Positions 54,343 to 64,000 of a stretch of 64,000 bases of DNA are shown piece by piece. The notes beneath the pieces were generated by a model. That model saw only the letters and a program-made list of their open reading frames with translations, was not told the origin of the DNA and made no database searches. The first letter of the stretch is position 1. Each line of letters starts with the position of its first letter. The position numbers and the translations under genes were made by a program. Origin of the DNA: Tubiluchus corallicola (Eukaryota; Animalia; Priapulida); contig JAQGDQ010000013.1 in assembly GCA_030141605.1 (NCBI GenBank), positions 62,001 through 126,000 on the forward strand, read 5' to 3'.

Positions 54343-57300
54343 ATGGCTCGAAGGAATAGCGACCACGATATGGAGCATGTTGATAGCTCCCAACTGGTCA
54401 GGTTTCATGGTGTACAGGATGCATACCAACCAAATGAAGATATATTTGTGGTTTATGAAATTGGTAATTGATATTGAGTTATGAAGGCTTCCTATGATTC
54501 ATAATAAGTTGTTCATATATCCATATTATATCTAATGAGTTTTAACCTAACAGAGGCACATTCACTAATAATTAAAATCAAAAGCAGTTACTAAATGATT
54601 TGAAAGTGATTTATAGTCACAGACTCCCACAGGTTTAAAGCATTCTTACTTGACAGTAATTTGCAAATATTATGAGCCTAAGCAAATATATTATTTGTGG
54701 GCAGTGATAAATGAAGTTATGCTAATAAGGGCTATAAACAATAATCTTATTTTATGCTTATGATCTCACATTTGTAAATTTATTTGTTAAATGGATTATT
54801 TCAGAGTTGACATTCATCTTTTGATTTTTTTTGTTTTAGATTTCTAAAGTCAAACTAGTTAATTAAGTGCATTATTCAATTTAATATATGCTTGTACAAG
54901 TTGTTGGAAATGAGATGGAATAAAATCAGCATTGCTGTACAACATGTAGTTAACTTTTTAATATTTAACAAAAACTATTTGTGTTTTAAAATCTTTGGTT
55001 TTACAGGTGGTTTGGTAACACCTAGCTCGAGGGATTGGGTTGGTTTATATTCTTGTGGATGGAAAAATCTTCATGATTATGTCGCCTTTTTGTGGGCACC
55101 GAAAGAACCACGTGATCCTTTTTGCCCTGCCCTGCGGAGTCTTCTGTTCCAGGCTAAAAAGCTCAAGGTAAATTATGACATTATCATTATTTTGGTTATG
55201 GGGTTAACTGTAATTATTAAGTTTTTTATCTCAGAACACTCAACCTGTCAACTTTTGCGCATTGAGACACTGATGATCGTGATGTTTTGAGACTCCCTTA
55301 AATCACGTTTTGTTTCACACAGCCGTCTTAAATTTTACATATTCTCAGTTCAATGTACATAATGAAAAAGAACTTTGTAATCTTTTTATATTGCAATAGA
55401 GGTGAGCTTGTTTAAAACAACTATATAACGAAAGCGCATATTCCCATCAGTGATTATAATGTGGTCAAAGTTTGGATTTTTGCGTCAGTCTCATAGCGCT
55501 TTCATATCATTAAAATACCAGGTTGGTTACAAATTATATGATACTGCAAGACGTTTGAAACATTAGATGTGACTATAGCTTCGGTGGTACAATAAAATGC
55601 TGATTACGTAATTACTAATAGGCTTATCATTTTTGTTGAGCCTTTGGCTATCTTAACGAATTTCATACAATAATGTACACTAGACAGAATTCGTGACATT
55701 CTCAGTTGCAGGGGTTGCAATTGCTAATGATTAAAGGACAAGCTGCAAGCTTATACAACAAAACAAACCATATGCTTAAAGTGCAATCAATTAAGTTTTT
55801 TTCTAAAAAAAATTTTGAAAAGGTCTTACAAGTTTAATTGTTATAAATTTAGTGGTCAACATAGTGAAGCTGCCTTAATTGTAACTCATATACATGATAT
55901 ACATATATTTTATTGACTAAATTTCTCAGCACCTTACTAAACTTTTAGCAGCTGTGTACCCAGAATTTAACTCTTTGACAGTTCTACAAATTGAGAGCAG
56001 ATTTTAGAACATGCCGACTTTCTGACTTTGTGATGTTGTCCATTTGATAAACTGCAAGGCTATTTTTTTGTTTGAGATAATTAACTACCGTAATTACAAC
56101 AAAAAATTCGCTGATAGGTTTATGATGACCCTTCTCAGAAATTTCAATTCCTCTATGTCAGTAAGCAGCGACTTGTTCTTGGTGTCAGCAAATCCTTTGT
56201 CATTCAGTGCCATGTCCCAAAGCTTGATATTTTGGACTGTCTGACTCGATCTGTTAGCCTGGATGGAATTGACAGCCTGACCATCGTTGAACCTAAAAAA
56301 GGCAAATCGAAAAAAGGTGATTATTTTAATTATTAATTGAAATGGGTTTTTAAGAACTGGCACTCATGTCGTGCAGAACATTTTGTATATAAAATAATTT
56401 ACAATAATTGTTTAGTTTTGTCCAATAATTGAAAGTAATCATAAATATATATTCTGGGCAAGTAAAAAGTTCTGCACATTTGGAGAGAAAAACTGGATTT
56501 ATGAGCAGGACATAGCAGAAAATGCCTGACTGTAGTTCACCCTTTGATAAAAGTTCCATATTAAACTGTAGTGGCATTCAGCATTAATGTTTACTAACAA
56601 AGGCCCCGCAAAAGATTCTGCTCATAATCAGTAATATACGAGGATTCTGCATAGTTGTTACAAACTGTTCCTTTAGTCATGGTAATACACAAACAGATGC
56701 AAATTACATCAAGAGCCAGCAAGGATTATAGACAGATAATGAATGACTTCATAACAGTGGATTTGCACTCTATAGTTTTCCAAGCAAAAGTTTGCAGAAA
56801 AAACCTGAAACTATCCATTTCTTTTAGGCTCTGGTAGCAGTGTTTATAACAGAGACCTACCTCTGTATACATTTCCATAGAACTTTGTCCAAGACCCCCA
56901 AAAAAACAAGCAAATATTTCTTCTACGTGGTGTACAGGAAAAATGTTTAAAAAAATGTGTGTGCCTCCTATGAAAGCTGAATATCGCACCAGTCCCTCTC
57001 AAATTAAATAAATTTTGCAAAACATACCGGCAAAAAGCGTTCATTTTTGGAAATTGTTGCCCTGCTCCCATTTTTCATTGTGGCCAGGATTCGAAAAATA
57101 AACCACATTTGAGGTGATACTAAATCGAGGCCTTTCATTTTATGTAAGGGTCACCGAGAGTGGGGCAGTCAAGCGGTAACCTTGGAAACCATATTATATA
57201 CATGCCACCAAAATTAACATATAGAGATCATCAAAATTAATACAGGGTTGACTGGAAAATACATCCGTACAAGCTGATCAATATTCCTTAATTTATTTTG

Positions 57301-60300
57301 GTGGGGCATTTGTAGAGCAAGTCAACATCGTTGTGTAATCCGGTTTCTCATCTTTTCAAATAGCCATAAATTTCTTTCTAACACCCCGCCAAGCGAGCCC
57401 CTACGTTTTTTATATATGATCTTTCTCTAGGAACGGCAGATGAAAATCTCCCAAAAATAGTCATTTTTTTATCCATTGCTGGAACTTCATGTAGAAAAAA
57501 CGTTAGCGGAAAGAGGAGAAACTAGGTTACATGGTGATGTGGATCCCTTTTACGTATGCTTTTACCGAGATAAATGGTTACGAATTAATTGGGGGCAGAA
57601 TATTTTTTCTGGACGACCCTGTACACATATTTTTTTGTGTTTTGAAGCTCTTATGAAAGCTGAAGTTCCTTTTTAGATGAAACATGTTGCTTTTGTGTTA
57701 ATTAATCACATGTTGACCAAAATGTTGCTGTAGTTTGTAGGAGATACAGTGTATTTTCCTGACTCCTAAACTGAAACAGTCAGGCATAAATGGTAATTCT
57801 CTGACCAAAGACATTCACCCTACAAATTATAAGATTCGTGCTAGTGTGTTTGAGTCTTTCCTACTTTTCATAAGAAATAGGTTTGCATGAAACATACTAC
57901 ATTCTAGAACAGTCTAGATTAGAGCCTATAACAACATTACATGGCATAATGGAACATAGCACAATCTAGTATGTTTAGTAAATTTGTGTCGTGAATAGAT
58001 TAGAAATTAGTTTTATTATATTAAACTAAAATTGTTTACTACCAGGTGTTTTTTAGAGTTAAACTTATGGTAAAGATGTGAGAATTTTATTTACAAGAGT
58101 ATCTCCATTTTTACAGCTCTTTTGGAAAAACAAGAATCAACAGATCGTGTCTCCAGCTTGGAACTACTTTTTGCTGAAGCTTCACCAGAAGATGTTGATC
58201 CAGGTAGCAGTAAAACTTCAAAAAAACCATATGCAGCTGTGGTAGCCACACCCCGTAAAAATACAAAACATTCTAAACCTAAAAACACAAAGTCAATCAA
58301 ACGGACTCGTGATTCTACTTCGTTGAAGGATGCAAGCTTTAAAAAAAGCAAAGTCGAGGGCAGCAGTTCAGAAGAGGATTCATGTCAATGGTTATTCGCT
58401 ATAGATCCTACAGCTTTCTCCTTCAGGTATAGATGATGTTTTAATATGGTAATAACTCATCACTCGTAAAGTAATGTGGCAAATCATGTAGGACAATCTT
58501 TTTGTTGAATTTTAGCAGAAGAATAAGATTCAAATTGAGATTTATTTTTCTCCTTTAAGTGTGACAGTATATAATGGGTGTAATAATAATTTTGACAATA
58601 TAGCAAACTAATAAATATTTGCTAGTGCTTAATGTTAAATGTACAGATTAATTATGTAAGAGTGATTAAGGTGTGGAGTAAGGATAGCAAATTACCACAC
58701 AGTCAACTAGGTCAGCCACCCTTATTTACAAACTTTATACTTTAATAAACTTTTTATTCCTGTAATTACAAGTGCAAATATTTACTTAGTGATGCTGTGA
58801 CCTTTGACCTTTTGTTATTGAAACTAAAACGTATTGCAGTTCTAATGTATGCAAAATACTTCTACTGCCAAGTATTGTAATATTTTGTATTCATTTTTGA
58901 AGCATGTTGTGCAGTCTTGGCCACTTAAATAGACTTAGTTTGGGATGGAAAAGTTTTGACCCAATTAACCGACTGAATCTATTAGCCGACAGATGTAGCA
59001 TTACTAATAACTTTTCAGCTTAGTATGCACTGTAAAGGATGCGAGTGCTTTTAATTGTTAAGTTTTTATGCTTGTCTCCACTTTTCAAAATTAACTCTGT
59101 GATATCTATTAGCTGCTCTATGATATATATGCTTGTAAAGTCGCTAAGAATACTGGCAGATTACTGCCTGTCCATTGGTTGCATAACAGTTACACTTAAC
59201 TGATTAAACGTTCTGTCGGCAGGAAGAGCTTCAAAAGGAAACCACTAGGCATGTGATTGTGTGTCTGTCATAACTGTCATATGCTTGTTGACAAAGAGGA
59301 TGTAGAAACAGTAATGAAAACTTGTTTATTGCTCTTCTTTTTTACAGTAAGTCAAAAGAAAATTTAGATGGCAACAAAAACAATTCAACGGCTGAGGTGA
59401 AGAAACAAGAAAACAAGGAAAAGGAGTTAAGTTTAGTCAGTCAGAAAGAAGACAGCAAAAGTAAAGCATTGATTCCAGCCAATCAGCAATATTCTCTTGT
59501 GCCATATGTACCAGTGCTAAATACCATTACACATCAAAGTAAACAAGTTATACAACCAACATTTGCCATTAGTCAGCATCAGGTATAAATTTGAATATCA
59601 ATTATTAAATCATAATTGCAGTCAATTACAATTTTACTAACTTCCATCTTTTCAGACATGTTGCATTATTTGTCAGAGACTAATATCAGCCAGCGAAAGT
59701 CAGGTTTGCTGCATTTGTAACTGAGAGGTTGAGCACTTCAATTCTTTCCTTTGTCTTCACATTGTAATCGATCTTCGGCATCTTTCTGTTCTTTATCTGC
59801 TTAATTTGTCAGTTTACAATTGTTCTATTTTGAAGTTAAGTGAAAGCTTATAGGAAGACAAGCTCAACTGCTTTAATAAAGCTTATGTCAAAGATCATTT
59901 AATGATTATAGAATGCAAAGCCAAAAAACACGAAATTAACTACAGCATATAGTTATCATAAGTACTGAATTTTGTGTAATGATTTGCTTTTTGCAGTGTG
60001 CCGGCAGAAACGGTTTGTCATATAATCGTTTATAAGAAATGGTCAAAGAATCAACAAATTAAAAATATGACAAATTAATTTCTCTTGCATTTTTCAAATG
60101 TTATTCCTTTTTAATATAATAGACTGTATGAATATTTTTTTAGAATACTCTTCATATGGAAGACAAACTTTTACAAAGTATGATGCAAGAAAACCTAAAA
60201 ACTGTTCTGAGTAGTATTGCTGCAGAAACTAACAAGTCCACTACGGCAAACACATGTAAAAAATGCACAGTTTTGAAGAGACATCTTCTGCAAGCCAGAC

Positions 60301-62763
60301 GGAAAATGAGACATACTCAGCAGCAAGCAGATACTGCACTAGATAATTTGAAATCTGTTGAAAGTAAACTTGCTTTTAAGGTATGGAAAATTTTTCTGAT
60401 ACTGTTAATATTTGTTATTTGTTTAGTACAGCCTTGTGGTAGGCCTAAATTATTAAAAGAAATAGAAGGTGCAACTCCAGATGGGGAGGATTTTGCTGAA
60501 TGGTTTCGGTGCATGTTGAAGCAATCTGGGCCTAATTAGGAAATGGATGGGTGGCTGCTTCTTGCTATTTATCTCACTGGGGTGTGTACATCTTAACTTG
60601 GCTAAGACACCTGTGCCAGTTTAATGTTTGATCTTAGAGGATCATCCTTATTTTGAAATGTGTTTCACTCCTTTTTTCGACCATGAACGTATTATCAGTT
60701 GGCCCTTTCATTGAGCGATGAATACCAGTTTACTGTCTGTTATGTTGCGTAAACAATGCAGATTCATTGAGACAATCACGAAAAAGCTGATAATGTAACA
60801 AGAAAGCCATTGTAGTTAAGCCCATGTAGAAGCCATATTCATCGTATTAGTTTGTTATACTCTGCCAGTGGCTGAGTTCTTGTGTAAAGTTCCTTTGTTG
60901 CTATAACTAAACAAGTATAGTGTACCTGATATATATTGTTGAAAGTTCAAAGCATAAAATCACAACTTGCAAAATAAACTGCTTTGCATTTTTGTTATAA
61001 TTTTGAGAATTTTGTGAAGACTTTTGACTAACAAAAATGAAATTGATGTATTGGAGAAATGACTATAGTATACAGGATGCTGCATTAGTGAACAGGTGGC
61101 AAGCTACATATTATAAGTTTAATACTCCATTCAGGATTCTCACACATATCTGCAGGCTACTGTGGTTTGAGTTTTTCAGATTTATTGGCATTATAAATCT
61201 TCTCTTATATTGGTTAGACTACTATTAGTCCTCGAATTCTTTCAGGATGTTATTATTGAAGAATTGAGCAATCAAGTTAAGAATCTATTGAAAGAAAATT
61301 GTGCTCTGAACGTTGCCAAAGACAAAATGACCACGAAATTGGAAGTTATACGCACAGAAAATGACCGCATGGCTGTTGAGAAATATAATCTGTGTACAGA
61401 GGTTGGTGTACAAATATAACTGTCATATTTAGCAGATTTCAAATATCTACTAAAAGTAAAATATGTTCTGTATGAAGAGTCATCACACCTGTACTTTATA
61501 CTTTGTATTTGCTTCGAAACCACTTCATAAGTGATTGTAATTTGTAAAGCACCTCAATTATGTTTGGACTGCAAAAATTTATCAGAAGAAAAATCTTGGT
61601 GATATACCTCAGTTGATTTGCAACATAATATTTCTGTATATTTTCATTAGGGGCATTGTAAAAACCTTTCATGTTCCATTGTGATAAAATATCTTCATTG
61701 TTGGCTGTTGTTGTTGGTATTACTAAATATTTCTTTTTCATTATGCCCTTCATACGCATTTTCATGATTATAAATTATCATGAAATTTTCTTCATATTGT
61801 TTTCTACTGTTATCGTGGATAACTCAGCGCAAACCCAACCGTGGAGGCACACCTTGGAAATTGGTCCTTTTTGCATGCCTTTATTGCCTATGAGAATTTC
61901 TGAACTAAGTCTGAAGAAAAAGAAATCTTGTGTGAAACATAAAATCCTCACTGTGTCAAATATGAGAATCAAAGGACCTACAGCAACGTTGATGATCTTC
62001 TGTTTTGTTATATTTTTTTAGATTCACAATTTATTCTTGTGTTTCCTTCTGTTTTTTATTCTTTACCATATCGTAAATGGTTTGTTGAATAGAAAGAGGA
62101 TCATATGTTTATTTGTGGACATTTAAACATTTTGCATTATGTTTCTTTGCCGTGCAACCAAACTTATGGTACTTATTCATACATGTATATGATATAATTG
62201 CTGAATTTATTTTATCCTGTTTCTCCCCCTGTCTACTCCCGAAGTTTACAAACCAGGACCACTAGCCATTTATGCTTTTAATGAGGACATACTGAAAAAG
62301 TTTTACAGGTGAATACGTCACGTCAAAGCTTGTTAGAGGTTAAGTTTAGTTAAATCAATGCCAAAGGTCATTGTAGGTCACAGTGGACACCAAGATAGAC
62401 TACCTGCACTTATTAAGGGCATTTATTATGTTGCTCTTGGTGCTGGTCATGACCTTGGTGTAGATTAAGTCCTTTAAACAAAAAGATTATGGTGTTTTTG
62501 GTACATTAGAATGTGCACAAAGAGTTTCGATCTTTTTACGAATACTAACCGGCAAGCCATCATATTCATCAAACTATATGAAATGGACTGCAAAGAAAGC
62601 AGAACACATTATTAATTAGTACATTAATTACTTAACAAATTTTGATTTTTTTCAGTTAGAAAATCTAAAATCGGAACTTTACAAGTTAAACCATAAGAAA
62701 CAACTGATTGCTGTTCTTCTTGAAGCTAACCGTGGAGAGCTGGAAACACTGAAGAAAAAACAG
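54343..62763 (+). CDS. SKICH-domain plus coiled-coil protein (TAX1BP1/CALCOCO/NDP52-like), 3' incomplete; exons approx. 54343-54464, 55007-55167, 55349-55401, 58116-58427, 59348-59583, 60144-60380, 61246-61401, 62656-62763
   Basis: VRFHGVQDAYQPNEDIFVVYEI|GGLVTPSSRDWVGLYSCGWKNLHDYVAFLWAP is a SKICH signature (DWVG..GW...DY..F.W.P), and the downstream exons are heptad-rich. The exon chain between 55401 and 58116 is unresolved. Confidence 0.68.
57243..57621. mobile_element. Tc1/mariner-type MITE
   Basis: Ends TA|CAGGGTTGACTGGAAAA and TTTTCTGGACGACCCTG|TA form imperfect TIRs with a TA target duplication. Confidence 0.7.
60480..60625 (+). mobile_element. 5S rRNA-related SINE-like element; related copies at ~3220-3420 (+) and ~63185-63360 (-)
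   Basis: GAAGCAATCTGGGCCTAATTAGGAAATGGATGGG resembles the 5S internal control region, and all three sites share a downstream TGGC(T/A)AAGACACC core. Confidence 0.45.
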
Positions 62764-64000
62764 GTATGCGGTTTGTTCTTAATCAACAGAAGCTTTGGCA
62801 TATGTTATGAAGATCAAGAGTTTTAGACAAATATCAGTTTTGCTGCATGAGAACAAGCAGACGGTACTGACTGTTTAGCCTCAACCACCCGTTACTTATA
62901 TGAATTTGAAAGTTTCTTGCTATATGACTGCAGTTTTATTATGTAACAGATAATTAAAAACCTGAGGAGAGATTACAAAAGTAGGGAGTGGTATAATGGT
63001 GAATTTTGCCTAACAGGTAGCATAACTATTTTAAGAGATTGCATGTAGATTATTCCTTACATATTTTTTATACTGTTTAATTTTTACCAAAGGAAAATCA
63101 AGCATTTTTATCTCCTGCTAATTGAGCGGATTGTGACAGGGTCAGATTGTAGCTGTTATTAAAAATAGTCTTGTAAGATGTATTGTTGAGCTGGCAGAGA
63201 ACTCAGTGGTGTCTTTGCCACAGTAACATTTATGCACAGCCTCCCTCATGGATAGAAATCACCAGAGGTAGCATAGCAGACGAAAGACCACCCAGAAGCA
63301 GTTTTTCCTGAGCACTGAGAAGTCATCTGATCTGGCTTATCACTGCTTAACTTTTGTGTCCATATAATGTACACAACAATACTACTCAATTCAGCGGTGA
63401 GCTAAAAGGGACAGTGCAGCCTGCCACGGGAGACACTTTTCAGAGAACATTTTGATGAAGTGGTCTAAAAAAGTTGATTCTATCGGAACTGTAAAATGGC
63501 AAAACACCTGACATTTTATCTTCTCTGAAAATACGAATTACAGCGCTATCTGTTGAGAGTTGCAAAAATGATATTTAGTTAATGTATTTGTAATGTTTAT
63601 ATAGTATTTCTTTGTTTTTTTAAATTTCTGTGCAGTACATGTCTTGTTGTCTTGAGTTAATGAAGTGCATTTGTAATCACACTCTTTCCTGCCTGCCTTA
63701 GCATTTGGAAAAGCCTCTGAATAGCTTTGAAGCATGCAGAAAAAATCTCCAGAACCATTTTTTTCAGCGGGGTTTTATCATTTGATCAATTTATTTTGAA
63801 CAGGAATGCAAATTATGCAATTAAAAGCACTAAATTTACAAATCTAAAATTGCGAGTATTTTGCTATGTTGTATTTTTCATCAGGAGGGGGGCCAAACTC
63901 ATTGCTGTCCCGGGTGCTGCAAGCTCTAGCTACACCACTGATTCATTCAGATATATTCTCTTCTTCTTTTGAACTGTAATATTGTATAATTCTTACATTG

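Noticed and set aside
56094-56363. Minus-strand ORF with weak resemblance to a Tc1 transposase C-terminus
   Set aside because: The similarity (LW...DK.F...IEELK) is too weak to call without a search.

Overview
AT-rich metazoan (invertebrate-type) genomic DNA with GT-AG spliced genes and many decayed transposon fragments; there is no prokaryotic operon or CRISPR structure. Gene order: 3' end of a probable ArfGAP1 (+); a bacterial-type phosphonoacetaldehyde hydrolase (PhnX/phosphonatase) with an intronless coding core (-); ARMC1 (-, 8 coding exons, 282 aa); a compact bidirectional promoter at ~21.4 kb; a mitochondrial fission regulator (MTFR1/2-like, +) whose ~10.7-kb intron holds two antisense GT32 (DxD) glycosyltransferase genes; KANSL2 (-); and a SKICH plus coiled-coil gene (TAX1BP1/CALCOCO-like, +) that runs off the window. 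Mobile DNA includes a TSD-bounded, internally deleted L1/Tx1-type LINE, Tc1/mariner remnants and MITEs, CR1/L2 fragments, tRNA- and 5S-like SINE heads and a ~500-bp (CT)n tract. The strongest leads are the apparently domesticated C-P bond-cleaving enzyme in an animal, the head-to-head ARMC1-MTFR pair, a CxxH motif in the HMA-like domain of this ARMC1, and the nested divergent GT32 pair. All exon models and family assignments were made by eye and by recall of family motifs, not by database search.
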